The position numbers were made by a program, and so were the translations under genes. A DNA stretch of 64,000 nt from Naegleria gruberi (taxonomy: Eukaryota): assembly GCA_000004985.1 (NCBI GenBank), contig GG738845.1. The stretch is one strand, 5' to 3'. Below are positions 32,468 through 43,882 of this stretch, piece by piece. Every line of letters begins with the position of its first letter. Position 1 is the stretch's first letter. The notes beneath the pieces were generated by a model, which saw nothing but the letters and a program-made list of their open reading frames with translations, was not told the origin of the DNA and made no database searches.

Positions 32468-32971
32468 ATGAAAAGATTGAGAGAGATTGTCTTTCCTGCA
32501 GTTTTTGTTTCGACGAGTGTTTATGCAGGTTCGACTTTTATTTTGGATAGATATTGGTTGGGATGTGTAAATGGAGCTTCAATGAAACCAACTTTAAATT
32601 CGGAATGGGGAGCCTACTCTAGGAATGCTAGTCCATTGAGCTCAATTCGTGATTGGATAGTTATTAAACGAGTGAGGAATCATAAACAAGAATTAAAAAT
32701 TGGAGATATTATTGTATTTGTTTCACCGGAGGATCCAAGAACAACAGCTGTTAAAAGAGTGAAGGCATTACCTGGAGAAATTTTTCAACCAAAAAGATTG
32801 AATTCCGAAGGATATTCACAAACAGCAAAACTAATTCCAAAGGGACATATTTGGGTGGAAGGAGACAATTCTTCTTCTAGTATTGATTCAAATAATTATG
32901 GACCTATTCCAATGGGTTTAGTTCAAGGAAAGGCCACGTGTGTACTCTTTCCAAATTTTAGGTGGCTCTAA
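32468..32971 (+). CDS. Mitochondrial inner membrane peptidase subunit (IMP1/IMP2, S26 signal peptidase I family)
   Basis: ..VNGASMKPTL.. (Ser nucleophile box), ..GDIIVFVSPEDP...KRVKALPGE.., ..GDNSSSSIDSNNYGPIP... Confidence 0.7.
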   Translation: MKRLREIVFPAVFVSTSVYAGSTFILDRYWLGCVNGASMKPTLNSEWGAYSRNASPLSSIRDWIVIKRVRNHKQELKIGDIIVFVSPEDPRTTAVKRVKALPGEIFQPKRLNSEGYSQTAKLIPKGHIWVEGDNSSSSIDSNNYGPIPMGLVQGKATCVLFPNFRWL

Positions 32972-33125
32972 ATGAATTATTTTCAATTTGTTGGATTAGA
33001 GTTTCAAGATATTGTGGAAATTAAAATATGTTGAGCGAAAACTTTAAATGAGAATGCAAATGATCGAATTGATTAAAAGAACATTGGCTCATATTTTAAT
33101 AAAGTGGAAATTAATTTACTACTAA

Positions 33126-34904
33126 TTAAAAATCCATATCGCTTCCAGAATCATCACTATCTGAGGAAGACGAACCATCAGAATCACTCCCCAAATCCAT
33201 TTCAACCTCTTTGGCCTTTAAGCCTCTCAGAAATGCTGACTCTTTCTGAATCAAAGTCATAAATTCAGAGCAGGCTGTTTGAAATTGTACAATCTCTGGT
33301 TTTGATTTAGAAAATGCTTCACTGTATGGGTATAATTTGTGATCACCCAAAAAATAGTCAAACTCATTTTGCCTTTTCAAATACTTTAAACATGCATGTA
33401 ACCACGATAAATCTACAACATGTACACCAGGCATATTTTCAGCTTTTTTAACCTTTTCTGTACCTTTTTGCCTTGCCACCAAGTGAGTCATATTGGGAGT
33501 GATATCTGTATAGCACTTGGCACCTAGATCTGTAGCAATTTTCCAATCAATATGGGTTTCTGGTTGTTGTTTCAAAGGAATGACTCCACTGAAAACAATA
33601 TGAGCCCCTTTGAGAATATCCTTCTTTTTTTCTTTAAGGATTGCCTTGACGTCTCTCTCAGATAAATCCTGTGGAGAGTTGAAGTAATCCAGGTGAACCT
33701 TTTCTAAAAGGTTATAGATGATATCCAATTGATCGTCATCATTGTAATCATCTATAGTATTCTCAATAACTTTAAATGTTCTTGGAGTTTGTTGAGAGTT
33801 ATTTTTCTTTCTATCAGCATCATTACCTGGTGCATTATTTACATCTAGTTGAACACCGAATATACGTCTAAAATAGTCGTACGGAGCTATTTGAATCACA
33901 TTGTCCACATTATCCTTCCAAACATCTGTCTTGTCATCAATAACTAGTACTGATTTATCACTGTAAGGAAAAACTTGGCTGAGTGTCTTGGTGTTAATAT
34001 CTGGACACTCATCTCTCGATAAAATTCTGTCAGCAAATAATGATTTTGAACTATCTAACATTTTTCCAATTTGATCGGCATAGGCTCTTTCACCATGTGT
34101 AAATACGTGTAATTCAAATATTTCTGAACATCTCTTCAAGAAACTCTCCAATCTAGGTCTAAACTTTACAAAATGGTACGATCCTCTCATGAAAAATTTG
34201 TGAATATGTTTTTGAAGTTCTGGTGAATTATTGTAAATATCGTTAAAATAGGTCACCTTGTGGTGCTCTCTCCTATATTCAAAATCGTTAATTGTATGTA
34301 ATAGAGTATGATCCAAATCCAAAACAAGTGAAAGCTTCTTCTTTTCAATTAATCTTTGTTGGTTGGCCTTTCCTCTTTCCAATCCTTTTTCATAGGCAAT
34401 AGTGTATCCTACATTGTGTAAAAGTGCAATGTGTGATTTGGCAGAAGTTTGCACTTCTTGTACACTTTCAAATTCAGGAATTGGTAAATTGAATACAGCT
34501 CCTCTTTCATATGAAAATTTAGTAAGTGCTCCAGATAACTTTTTTGTCATAGTTGCTGATGAGCAATCTCCAGAACACAAGAGACATAAACCTAGCATTG
34601 TTTCACTGTGATCACAACATTTAATTGTCAATAATAGTCTACTTTGCTCCAGATTGGAATTTAGTTTGAGAAGTTTTTGTACACAACCTGATCGATCGCT
34701 AACAATTGTCAAGGCTTCCTTCATTCCTTGAGTTGAAGTAAAAACCAATCTTCCCAAAGGTTCATATGCAAGAATGCATTGATTCTCCTTTACACTCCAA
34801 GTAATTGTTTCTACTTTAAAAACATTCTCAGGAAAGGTAATCGAGTATGATGATTCCGAATAATTCGACTTGGCTGTCGAAGATGAAGATGATGAAGGAA
34901 GCAT
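33126..34904 (-). CDS. FCP1: RNA polymerase II CTD phosphatase FCP1
   Basis: FCP1-homology catalytic motif LSLVLDLDHTLLH (DxDxT). C-terminal BRCT-like region ..GAHIVFSGVIP...ATDLGAKCYTDITPNMTHLVARQKGTEKVKKA... Acidic Ser/Asp tail. Confidence 0.75.
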   Translation of the reverse strand: MLPSSSSSSTAKSNYSESSYSITFPENVFKVETITWSVKENQCILAYEPLGRLVFTSTQGMKEALTIVSDRSGCVQKLLKLNSNLEQSRLLLTIKCCDHSETMLGLCLLCSGDCSSATMTKKLSGALTKFSYERGAVFNLPIPEFESVQEVQTSAKSHIALLHNVGYTIAYEKGLERGKANQQRLIEKKKLSLVLDLDHTLLHTINDFEYRREHHKVTYFNDIYNNSPELQKHIHKFFMRGSYHFVKFRPRLESFLKRCSEIFELHVFTHGERAYADQIGKMLDSSKSLFADRILSRDECPDINTKTLSQVFPYSDKSVLVIDDKTDVWKDNVDNVIQIAPYDYFRRIFGVQLDVNNAPGNDADRKKNNSQQTPRTFKVIENTIDDYNDDDQLDIIYNLLEKVHLDYFNSPQDLSERDVKAILKEKKKDILKGAHIVFSGVIPLKQQPETHIDWKIATDLGAKCYTDITPNMTHLVARQKGTEKVKKAENMPGVHVVDLSWLHACLKYLKRQNEFDYFLGDHKLYPYSEAFSKSKPEIVQFQTACSEFMTLIQKESAFLRGLKAKEVEMDLGSDSDGSSSSDSDDSGSDMDF

Positions 34905-35123
34905 TTTTTTTCGATTGTTTTAAAAATACATTTTGCTGAATGTTTTTCAAATATATAACACTATGGGTCTTACTGAAAATAAATATTGAAACAAGGAATA
35001 AGGTGGATGCTATGGCTTGAGTTGTGGTGGGATGAAAATCAAGTAGACAAGTGTTGGGGAAATAATTGGAGGCAACAAGCATAAAAAACAATTCAATTAA
35101 AAAATATTTAAAAAAAATTAAAA

Positions 35124-35591
35124 ATGTCCTCCACTTTGCCAAGACCAACTTTAAATCCTTTAGAAAAACATAGACTTGGAAAACAATTCGGCCAAGAAGT
35201 ACCAGAATTTGCCGACTACCATCAAAAGAAGAAGGACGTCTTTGAACTTTCTTTGAAGGTGGGCTCAGTTTTGGGTCTTGTCGCTGGTGTTCCTGCTTAT
35301 CAAAAATCATATCAACCTCTCACTGGTATTTTTGTTGCTGCTATGGGTTTCCTTGCCGGTCAATCATTTGTAAAACATGTTGCTGGACGAGCTTACGGAT
35401 TGAATCCATTGAACGATGCCGAATATGAAAGAGCCTTCAATTTATGGGTTTATTATGAACACAATCCACACCGTAAACAACAAGATTTACCAGTCCATAC
35501 TATGGAAGCTAGATATCAACAAAGTTTGGCTGAATTTAGAGAAAAACACAAGAATGAATATCAAAAGTTCTTGACTCAACAACAACAATAA
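35124..35591 (+). CDS. Small (155 aa) protein with two predicted transmembrane segments, possibly mitochondrial, family unassigned
   Basis: ATG after an A-rich leader. Central hydrophobic segments LKVGSVLGLVAGVPAY and LTGIFVAAMGFLAGQSF. Confidence 0.35.
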   Translation: MSSTLPRPTLNPLEKHRLGKQFGQEVPEFADYHQKKKDVFELSLKVGSVLGLVAGVPAYQKSYQPLTGIFVAAMGFLAGQSFVKHVAGRAYGLNPLNDAEYERAFNLWVYYEHNPHRKQQDLPVHTMEARYQQSLAEFREKHKNEYQKFLTQQQQ

Positions 35592-35785
35592 TTCATGTGG
35601 ACATTTCTTCATCATGTGATCATAATTTCTGTGTAGATTTAGTAGTAATATAACATCATCATATGATTTGTACTTTCTTCCAACCACACCCCTCCTTCCT
35701 TCCCACCTCTTTCAAACATTAAATTAACACGTCAAAATAAACCAAAGGGTATATTATTTATGGTAAATTGACAACTTGACACAAT

Positions 35786-36886
35786 TTATTCATCATCCTT
35801 TTCGTCTGCAGTTGATGATTGTGCAGAGTTGGGCAGTAATTGCTCCTTAATCTTCTTCAGGATCTTTCTGACCTTGGAGCTCTCTATGATCATACATAAA
35901 CCTTGTTGGAAAGTGTCATCTGTAAGTGTAAGGGTTGATGCATCTTCAGTGTATTCACTCTTGATTGGGTAGTCAAATGAAACAAGGGCTCTTTCATGAT
36001 AAAATTGTTCTTCTGGTTTGTAGAAAATAGCTTCGTCTTTGACTTTCTTAACTTGTCCTGATAGTGGACTTCTCATGTGGAAAACTTTGGTAATAATCAA
36101 ATAGTATTGGAATTTTGTAAAACCATTTTCTTTTTGTTCTCTTTCTAATTCTTCAAATAAATTAAGATGGAGCATTCCACCAACTTCATATGGTAAATTT
36201 ATAACTCTCTCGTTAACAATTATTCCCAATTTAGAATTATCAAAGACTTCACATAATTTTTCACGCTTATCTTGATCTGGACATTTTTGAAGAACGAATG
36301 CTTTGATTTGTTTCATACATTGTTTCTTCTTATGTTGCTTATAATCTAAGAGCGACAGTAATCCATACATATCCATGGTCCAATCCCATTGGCTTGGATC
36401 AACTTCATCATCATCCTTCATGGCATTTTGAGAGGATGTATTAGAAGGTGGGGCAATTAAAGGTTGTTGTTGTTGCTGTTGTGGATCTGAAGCTGTTTTA
36501 ATAACAGATGTGAGTGGATTTGGAATTTTGTTTGCTTCATCTCCTAACACAAGTTCGGCCATTTCAAAGTAATTATATTCAGTTCCTTGTAAGTAATTTC
36601 TGACGTATAATTCAGCTCCATAGTAATCACTTTGTAAATCTGGAGCATTAACATCAAAATCGACAACCATATCACCTGGTTCAGAGGCAGAATCCTCTTG
36701 ACCATCATCATACTCCACATATTCTTGTCCGACGCTAAATAACGGCTTTTCCTCATCACCATCTTGCATATTCATTCTATCCCTCTTCATATCTTCATAG
36801 GATACCATGGATTCATCTGCCATGTCGTGTTCTTGCTTTCTCTTGACACCACCTTGACCTCTTCTCTTATTGTTGTTTTGCAGCAT
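35786..36886 (-). CDS. BCCIP/Bcp1-family protein
   Basis: ..KLGIIVNERVINLPYEVGGMLHLNLFEELE.. resembles the conserved BCCIP/Bcp1 core (..G.L.NER.IN.P......L...L..EL). Acidic N-terminus. Start at the ATG at 36886 after an A-rich run (the ORF-track 36961 is an upstream ATG (MKYSPL..) in weak context; 36886 is the A-rich one). Confidence 0.45.
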   Translation of the reverse strand: MLQNNNKRRGQGGVKRKQEHDMADESMVSYEDMKRDRMNMQDGDEEKPLFSVGQEYVEYDDGQEDSASEPGDMVVDFDVNAPDLQSDYYGAELYVRNYLQGTEYNYFEMAELVLGDEANKIPNPLTSVIKTASDPQQQQQQPLIAPPSNTSSQNAMKDDDEVDPSQWDWTMDMYGLLSLLDYKQHKKKQCMKQIKAFVLQKCPDQDKREKLCEVFDNSKLGIIVNERVINLPYEVGGMLHLNLFEELEREQKENGFTKFQYYLIITKVFHMRSPLSGQVKKVKDEAIFYKPEEQFYHERALVSFDYPIKSEYTEDASTLTLTDDTFQQGLCMIIESSKVRKILKKIKEQLLPNSAQSSTADEKDDE

Positions 36887-36995
36887 TTTTTTGTTGGTTG
36901 AAAAAAAATTTGAAGCAAGTAAAGGAGATCCAAAATTCAAGCTGAGTGGTGAATATTTCAAAAAATTGTTAATAATTACAAGTTTGAGATTGAAT

Positions 36996-38261
36996 CTATT
37001 TTATCTGACAAGTTTTTTTACGTTCTCTAAAGACAAAATCATCGTCTTCCTCTTCAAAGATATTCCTACTTATTGTTTCTCCTTCTTCTTGAGTAAGACT
37101 TCTTCTTAGAATGGCATTAATTTTGATAGAGTGTGGATTTTTTGGTTTGACTGGTGTTGGAGTTTTGAAAAGATCCAGATTAAACGATTCTTCAAGGTCT
37201 GTTGTCTTTTTCAATTTCTTTGAGATTGGTGTGAAAATTTCATCACTATTAAATTTAGTAGAAATAACTTGAGGAGATTTCTTCTTGGAGTGGGGAGTAG
37301 TAGTGCATGTTGCTTTCTTAGTATGGGAAGATTTAGGAGTGGTAATAAGATTTTGTAAAGTCTTATTGGAGGGTGTTTTAGGTGTTGAGTTATTGGTAGC
37401 CATCTCATTAATTTTTCTCTTTTTTGTAGAAGAGGGTGACTTGGGTTTGCTCACACTTGTTGGAGGAGTTAATAACTTTAAGGATGATGGAGATTTTTTA
37501 CCTGTGGAAAGAGTTAGTGCTGACAACTTGCGAGATGGAGTTGATGGAACATTGTCACGAATTGAATCGTCTTGTGGATTGGATATGGTTTTGTGGTTTT
37601 TTGAGGGTGTTGAAAATGATTCTTTTCCGAGTAAGAAGATGTCATCATCTTGATTTTGCTGGGATACGTTAATTGATGAGGACTTTGATGGAGTTGTCTG
37701 TTTTTTTGGAGTTACTGACCTATTCTTATTTGGTGATGTCAATAAGTTATTTCCTTCAGAAATCAATTGAGTGGAGTGTTTGATTTGAGATTTTAAAAGT
37801 GATAATCTTCTCCTTAGTTTTTCAATTTTTGAAAGTGGATCATAGGATTCAGTTTCTTCCATATTTTCCACAAAATTATTGGAATCTCTGAACACTAATT
37901 TAGATTTTGGTGATTTGGAAGGAGAAAATAATTGGACTCCATTTGTATTTTGATCTGGAATGACATGCCTATATCTTGGCATGTGAGGTGATGTTGCATT
38001 TCGTTTTGCACTGTGACTCAATAGCAATGAAAGTCCAGGACTTGACATTGGTGATTTTGGTTGTTCCTGATCGAGTTGAGGAGGTGTTGGTGCCATCTCC
38101 CAATCCTTTCCTTCCAATTGATTTTGTGATTTTTCTACGGGGGTGACTATGTGGAAGGAACCTATTGAATCGACATTTTCTTGTCGGGTTGTGTGGTTGT
38201 TATTGATGGGAGTTTGGTGAGAGGAATTATAAGCTGGTGAAGTAGAAAATCTTCCAGGCAT
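36996..38261 (-). CDS. Ser/Thr/Pro/Lys-rich disordered protein with more than 20 S/T-P sites (candidate CDK substrate)
   Basis: The long ORF is 36996..38378. The internal ATG at 38261 follows aaaaaaATG, and using it removes the overlap with the divergent gene at 38373. The sequence is dense in SP/TP/TPKK motifs. Confidence 0.4.
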   Translation of the reverse strand: MPGRFSTSPAYNSSHQTPINNNHTTRQENVDSIGSFHIVTPVEKSQNQLEGKDWEMAPTPPQLDQEQPKSPMSSPGLSLLLSHSAKRNATSPHMPRYRHVIPDQNTNGVQLFSPSKSPKSKLVFRDSNNFVENMEETESYDPLSKIEKLRRRLSLLKSQIKHSTQLISEGNNLLTSPNKNRSVTPKKQTTPSKSSSINVSQQNQDDDIFLLGKESFSTPSKNHKTISNPQDDSIRDNVPSTPSRKLSALTLSTGKKSPSSLKLLTPPTSVSKPKSPSSTKKRKINEMATNNSTPKTPSNKTLQNLITTPKSSHTKKATCTTTPHSKKKSPQVISTKFNSDEIFTPISKKLKKTTDLEESFNLDLFKTPTPVKPKNPHSIKINAILRRSLTQEEGETISRNIFEEEDDDFVFRERKKTCQIK

Positions 38262-38372
38262 TTTTTTGGCGGGTTTTATTTCTGTGCAAAAGAACAGAAA
38301 GCATGAAGAATGTGATGATTGAAATTGGTAACCAATAAATTGATTATTGTTAAACAAATTTAGAAATAAAAA

Positions 38373-39620
38373 ATGCAAAAATCAGCAAATGATTCATCAT
38401 CATGGTATCCAGGCAAATACAGATATGTTGATTACTGGGCCGAGAGTATTCTCCATTTTACAATGAGAGATGAACAAACAGCAATTTATACAACTGGAGG
38501 TGGAGAAGGGCCTTTTCATAAATATTTAAGTGGAGTTGATGGTTTGAAAATTGTGATGAAATCGTCTTCTAATGGATCTTCGGGAGAAAAGATTCCGTCA
38601 ACAAGTTGTTTTCAACAAGAGGAATATATTCCATATCTACAATTGGAACAAGAAGGAGGATTTGATAATAGAAATTCCAATCAAAAAGTACCATCTGATC
38701 AATTACCTTCTCAACTCATCATTCCACTCAGATTCCATGATGAAGGGTTGAAAAATTTTACATTCATGTTACGTAGAATTTCTAGTGTGAAACAATTTCT
38801 TGTTTCTTCTTTTTTGGCTCCTAATGTTGAATCATTGTTTGGAAATTTGGAAAAAAAGAATGAGATTGTTAGAAAAATTATGAATGCTCCTTTGGATATT
38901 AGAGCTCATGTTTATCCGGATACAACTTTTTCAATGTGTTTGAAGATGGCTCTCGATTCATATATTATTCAACATGAATTGAGATTACCAACAGTTATTG
39001 ATAATTCACCATCAAGTCTATCAGCAGCAGTACCAAGAGGTTGGATTAATGAAACTCTTCTTTCTATCAAGTCAAATAGAGCACATACAGATATTTTCCA
39101 ATCGTTTTCTCCAATTCAATCTCAAACATTGTTATCAGGACTTTTTAGAGCTTACCAAACAAAGAACATTGCAGTGGATGTAGGTGGATGTATTCTTGCT
39201 TGTGATTACATGCCAGGAAATTTGGCCTATGCTGCTAGATTTGGAATTGTTTCACCACTCTCACAGAAAAAGACAACTGTTGTTTTCAATGGTGATCTTT
39301 TGGGGCATATGCACCTTTCCTACACAACCCAAATCTCAAGAATTTATGGTTTGGCTGCTAGTGCTCAACTTCGTTACAACAGTACACAAACTCAAACAGA
39401 AATGGCTGTTGGTATTGAATGTGTTTCTCCACCAGGAGCTGAAGATTATGCTACCAAATTCAGAGTTGATACTGAAAAGGGAATTGCAGCCCTCATTGAA
39501 AAGAGAAAATTCTGGAATAATGACAAGCTCAATGTTGGTGTTACTATTGCTAAGAATTTCTCTGGGGCTAGTTCTTTGTCTGGATTGAAATTGGGCTTGA
39601 ATCTTCAAATAGAATATTAA
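38373..39620 (+). CDS. Mitochondrial outer-membrane beta-barrel of the Tom40/VDAC/Mdm10 superfamily (Tom40- or Mdm10-like)
   Basis: C-terminal ..AKNFSGASSLSGLKLGLNLQIEY has a beta-signal-like KxGxxLxI ending, similar to Tom40 ..NHRKNKFQCGFGLTIG. Alternating-polarity strands run through the C-terminal 280 aa. N-terminal YRYVDYWAESILHF is reminiscent of the Mdm10 N-terminus. Confidence 0.4.
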   Translation: MQKSANDSSSWYPGKYRYVDYWAESILHFTMRDEQTAIYTTGGGEGPFHKYLSGVDGLKIVMKSSSNGSSGEKIPSTSCFQQEEYIPYLQLEQEGGFDNRNSNQKVPSDQLPSQLIIPLRFHDEGLKNFTFMLRRISSVKQFLVSSFLAPNVESLFGNLEKKNEIVRKIMNAPLDIRAHVYPDTTFSMCLKMALDSYIIQHELRLPTVIDNSPSSLSAAVPRGWINETLLSIKSNRAHTDIFQSFSPIQSQTLLSGLFRAYQTKNIAVDVGGCILACDYMPGNLAYAARFGIVSPLSQKKTTVVFNGDLLGHMHLSYTTQISRIYGLAASAQLRYNSTQTQTEMAVGIECVSPPGAEDYATKFRVDTEKGIAALIEKRKFWNNDKLNVGVTIAKNFSGASSLSGLKLGLNLQIEY

Positions 39621-39736
39621 AAGTTAGAAGCAATAGGATGTGGCTATCACATTTAGGATTATTTCAGTAAAAAATAAATTGTATTGTTTATCTTTTAACT
39701 GTCTATTATTAGCTACCATAAACTTCAAACAAAAAA

Positions 39737-40453
39737 ATGAGCGATCTTGCTACATCGGAATTTGCATCAACAAGCACAAACCCTTCTATTACATCAACCA
39801 ACTCCAAAGCCAAAAGAAAGAGAAAAGAAACTGTTGATACTAGTGCAGCAACAAATATTTCGGAAATTATTCATGAACCAACAAAGGAAAAACCAAAAAA
39901 GAAAGTGAAAAAAGCAACTACTCCCAAAGTTTACAGCAATATATTACCACACGATTTCTATGACAAGTTAAATATTTATGGACAACATGTATTTATTTTA
40001 ACAGAATTGGAAAGAGAAAGTAATTATTTAAATAGCCTACACAAAAAATTATCAGAACATATTCACAAATTACAAATTGAGGAATCTGTGATGAAGAAAC
40101 ACTTTGATGCCTTATATCGTCATCAACAGGAAGCAGAAGAGCAAAAACAACAACGAGAAGAATATGAAAGCGAAAATGAGGCAGAAGAAGAGGAAGAAAT
40201 AGGATATAATTATTATGATTTTCCATATTCTATTCAAGATTTTACAAAATCATGTTATGGTCAACCTGAAAATACAATGTCCACCGAACAAATTAGATAT
40301 GCACCAGATTTAAATCAACAACAACGAGAGGATGTTGTAAGAAATATGAAATCTTCGACATCAACAAGCAACTCAGAATACGAAGAAGCAAACGTTCCAG
40401 AAGTCTTTTCAAAGGAGTTTTTAGCATTAAGGAACTATGTACAAAATCATTAA
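39737..40453 (+). CDS. Uncharacterised protein with a basic nuclear localisation signal and an acidic patch
   Basis: ATG after an A7 run. KAKRKRKE and KPKKKVKK. An E-rich run. Its stop codon overlaps the stop of the convergent CFAP299 gene. Confidence 0.4.
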   Translation: MSDLATSEFASTSTNPSITSTNSKAKRKRKETVDTSAATNISEIIHEPTKEKPKKKVKKATTPKVYSNILPHDFYDKLNIYGQHVFILTELERESNYLNSLHKKLSEHIHKLQIEESVMKKHFDALYRHQQEAEEQKQQREEYESENEAEEEEEIGYNYYDFPYSIQDFTKSCYGQPENTMSTEQIRYAPDLNQQQREDVVRNMKSSTSTSNSEYEEANVPEVFSKEFLALRNYVQNH

Positions 40454-41307
40454 TTCTTTCTTCTTGGTCTATGCTCGTAAAGTACCACTTGCAAATATTC
40501 ATCTGTTTTGATTACTCTTCTTTCACTGTTATCACCAACTGTGGCATCTGTTTGCATGGTTGTGTCAGCATTTGCCAATGTATCACTATTACTTTTTGGA
40601 TCGACACTAATGACCTTTCTGTCTCTTCTATGTCTGAAAAACAATCCATTTTCACTGTTGGCGATTACTTGAAATGTTGAACTATTATTGTAGGAAACCG
40701 TTTGAGTCTTCCAATTGTAATAGCTCAAGTCAGAGGTTTTTGGCATGAGCCTCTTTTTTAGACTGAAATATTCTTCAAAATCTTCATTCTTGAGACGGTG
40801 TCCATAATCGATATATCCACTCACTTCATTTCCTTTTTTATCGTAATCTCTGATGAAAATAATAGTATTCAATCTACCACTTCTAACCTTAGCCTCTCTT
40901 TTCGCAAGTTCATTCAAGAGAGGATAGTTTCTAAGGTCTTTTCCGAAAGAGCACAACTTATCTGTTTTTCCTGGGTCAGAATTTGAAATTAGGTTTGTGG
41001 TCATATTTGGCGTTTTGTTGGTTAGGCTCAACATGTACTTTTTCTTTTGTTCTTCAAAATTATCCCTAGATAAGATATTGTATCTCTTATATTCATTTTC
41101 AATAATTGCTCTGGCAAGATCTTGATTTTCCAAATAAAACAAGTCCTTAGTATTTATCTTTTCATCCAAATAGTCCTCATACGTTGGGTATTTGAACAGA
41201 GCTTTCGGATCATGAATTGGGTTGATAATTGTTGGTGATGGTGAAGGAGCTTGAGATATTTGACTCGAACTGGTAGCATCATTGTTAGGCACGGATGGGG
41301 AAGACAT
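40450..41307 (-). CDS. CFAP299: Cilia- and flagella-associated protein 299 (CFAP299 / C4orf22 family)
   Basis: ..FKYPTYEDYLDEKINTKDLFYLENQDLARAIIENEY.. matches the CFAP299 N-terminal signature (..F.TYEDYLDSQIT..DLYYLEDEELAR..) as I recall it. Confidence 0.55.
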   Translation of the reverse strand: MSSPSVPNNDATSSSQISQAPSPSPTIINPIHDPKALFKYPTYEDYLDEKINTKDLFYLENQDLARAIIENEYKRYNILSRDNFEEQKKKYMLSLTNKTPNMTTNLISNSDPGKTDKLCSFGKDLRNYPLLNELAKREAKVRSGRLNTIIFIRDYDKKGNEVSGYIDYGHRLKNEDFEEYFSLKKRLMPKTSDLSYYNWKTQTVSYNNSSTFQVIANSENGLFFRHRRDRKVISVDPKSNSDTLANADTTMQTDATVGDNSERRVIKTDEYLQVVLYEHRPRRKN

Positions 41308-41507
41308 TTTTTTTTAAAATCGTAAACTAAATTTTGGCGCCATCTTATTAAAACTGATTTTCAAAAAGTGTAGTGAATCGAATAAGATGCTTTTCATTTA
41401 TTAGGAGCCTTAGAGTAATATTAGTTTGTTCCACCTATGGATGACACGACTTGCCACGTGTTTTTAAAAACTCTGCAACGACCATAAGTTTTAAAATCAT
41501 CAAAAAA

Positions 41508-43829
41508 AATGCTCTCATCAAAGTCTTCTGTTGCATCCATCAATTTGATGGATTGTCAAAAAGGTACGTCTGATAATCTAAATGATCGGAAATTGTTAAT
41601 CATATAAAAGAGAGTATTTTAAACATGTTAAATATTGAAGGCTACGATGCCATTACTAATACATCAAGTAAAAAGAAAAAGAAGAAAGCCAGTGGATCCA
41701 ATGATCATGTTCTTACGGGTCATGAATTAGGACATCAATTAACAGAACGAAAAGTACAACAGTGGAAAGTTTTAATTATGGATAAACATTGTTCAGAAAT
41801 TATTACTCCATTGTTCAAAGTTGGAGATTTGAGAGCAATGGGAGTGACTTTAATGTTGTAAGTTATTTTGTTGTGATTTGTGGATAATTGATTTAGACCT
41901 TTAGAAGAGAAGAGACAACCAATTGCAGATGCACCGGCCATTTATTTTGTTCAACCAACTCAACATAATATCGATCGCATTTGTAGTGATTGTGAAAGGG
42001 AGCTCTATGCCTCCTGTCATATTAATTTTTGCCATAGTAATTATAAAAGAGATATTTTGGAAAAGATGGCCACCAAATTGGTTCAAACTGAATCAACACA
42101 TTTACTTTCAAAAGTTTTGGATCAATTTGTTAATTATATTTGCCTAGAGAAGGATTTTTTCTCCTTACTAGGTTTGGATAATTGTTTATTACAACTTCAT
42201 GATCCAACCAAGAAGGAAGAGGAAATTAAATTAATTGTGGATCAAATAGCAAACGGAATTGCATCAGTTATTTTGTCTTCATCAAATGGAAAGAATAATA
42301 CCTCTGGAGGATTTGTAATGCCAATTATTGTCTGCCCCTCAGCTCAAGGAAAACCAGCCAGATTTATTGCCGAAGCTGTTGAAAAAACTCTGAGGAATTT
42401 GGCCCAATCACCTCTTCAAGAAAATCAAAAGAATGAAACAAGTGTTGATAAAAAGAAGAATAGGCCACTATTGATAATTATGGACAGAACAGTTGATTTT
42501 ACAGTTTGCTTACAACACCAATGGACATACCGTTCTATGATTCATGACATTTTCCAAATGAAATCCAATCAAGTTAAGGTTCCAATCAGAAAGAAGGTTT
42601 CTGAAAATTCATCCCCAGAACAGACCTATGAGATTGCTTTGGATGATGAATTTTGGATTGAAAATGCTACCAAACCATTCCAAGAAGTAGCTCAAAATGT
42701 AACAAACTATTTGGAAAAGCACAAAGCAAAATTGAACGAGTTTAACAAAAAATATGGATTAAATATGAGTGAGGAAGATGTTATGAAGTCATCATCAAGC
42801 ACTGAAGATTCTGGACTCAATAAGAATACTGTTGATGAAGTATTTGTCATGTCACAAGAAAGAACCAGAGTTGACATGCACACCAATATTGCCTATGCTA
42901 TCCTTCATGAGGTAAACAAGAGAAAATTAGATGAATTTGTTGCAATCGAAGAGGCTCTTATCACCAAACAATCAAAGATTGAATCCGCAGTCTTACACTC
43001 CCTGTTGAATGTTTCAGAGGAGGGTGAGCAAGAAAAAGGTACTTTGGAAGACAAGTTGAGACTCATTCTTGTATGCTATCTCTACATTATTCAACAAGAA
43101 AGATTAAACCAGGATCCTCAATTCATAACTCGCCAGGAATTAGAAAAATACGCACTTACCCTTCAACAACGAAGATTGAGCCAGGAAGGTCAAGAATTCA
43201 AGGGTGCAACAAATTTATCCCTTGAAAATATTTTACCTGAAATTGCATTCTTGAAACAAATGACACGACACATCAGTATGACAAGAGGTACTAATGAATC
43301 ATCACTCAGACACAATTCTTCTCTTGCCAATTTGACTAAAAAGTTTTCAATTTTGGGGGATCAAATTAAGAGTATTGCGTCAGGTCTCAATGAATATTAT
43401 GGTGAGGGATCAGAGTATAGAACTACCCTTCCTCTCACTAGAATTGTTGATGCCATAGTGAATAATACACCAAGAAAACTCTCAGAACATGAGGAGTTTG
43501 TATTTATTGATCCAAAACTCCCACCTTCCCAATCACTAATCAAAACTTATTCTAAATCTTCTCCTGAAACAAATACCAATACTACTCCTGGTATGAGAAT
43601 GGATGAAATTGGCCAATCTTCCCACAATGTATCAAATAATTCACAAGATGGATTCAGTGATGTGATTACCTTTGTTGTTGGTGGTGGTAATTATATGGAA
43701 TATTCAAATCTCCTCCAACACTTTATTGCCAAGAGTGGTACTTCCATTAATGTTACCTATGGATCTACAAATGTTTTGACTGGTGGACAATTTTTAAATG
43801 AAATTAGAGCCTTAGGGAGTAATAAATAA
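41508..43829 (+). CDS. SLY1: Sec1/Munc18-family protein SLY1 (SCFD1). Three exons, 41508..41562, 41611..41857 and 41897..43829.
   Basis: The spliced N-terminus is MLSSKSSVASINLMDCQK|ESILNMLNIEGYDA...ERKVQQWKVLIMDKHCSEIITPLFKVGDLRAMGVTLML|PLEEKRQPIADAPAIYFVQPTQHNIDRICSDCERELYASCHINFC... It is collinear with yeast Sly1 (..LRDMQISAILKMLFLN...IIWKVLILDIKSTATISSVLRVNDLLKAGITVHSLIKQDRSPLPDVPAIYFVSPTKENID..). Confidence 0.8.
41563..41610 (+). other. Spliceosomal intron 1 (SLY1), 48 nt
   Basis: tgtcaaaaag|GTACGTCTGATAATC...ATCATATAAAAG|agagtatttta. Phase 1. Confidence 0.7.
41858..41896 (+). other. Spliceosomal intron 2 (SLY1), 39 nt
   Basis: ctttaatgtt|GTAAGTTATTTTGTTGTGATTTGTGGATAATTGATTTAG|acctttagaag. 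Phase 2. Reconstitutes ..TLML|PLEEKRQPIADAPAIYFV. Confidence 0.7.
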
Positions 43830-43882
43830 ATAGTGTTTCTGTAACAATTTAAGGTAAACAATTCTTTAATCAATACAGTTAT

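Noticed and set aside
36996-38378. ORF-track start at 38378 for the S/TP-rich gene, overlapping the divergent gene starting at 38373
   Set aside because: The internal ATG at 38261 is in a much better A-rich context and removes a head-to-head CDS overlap. The upstream 39 codons are probably 5' UTR.
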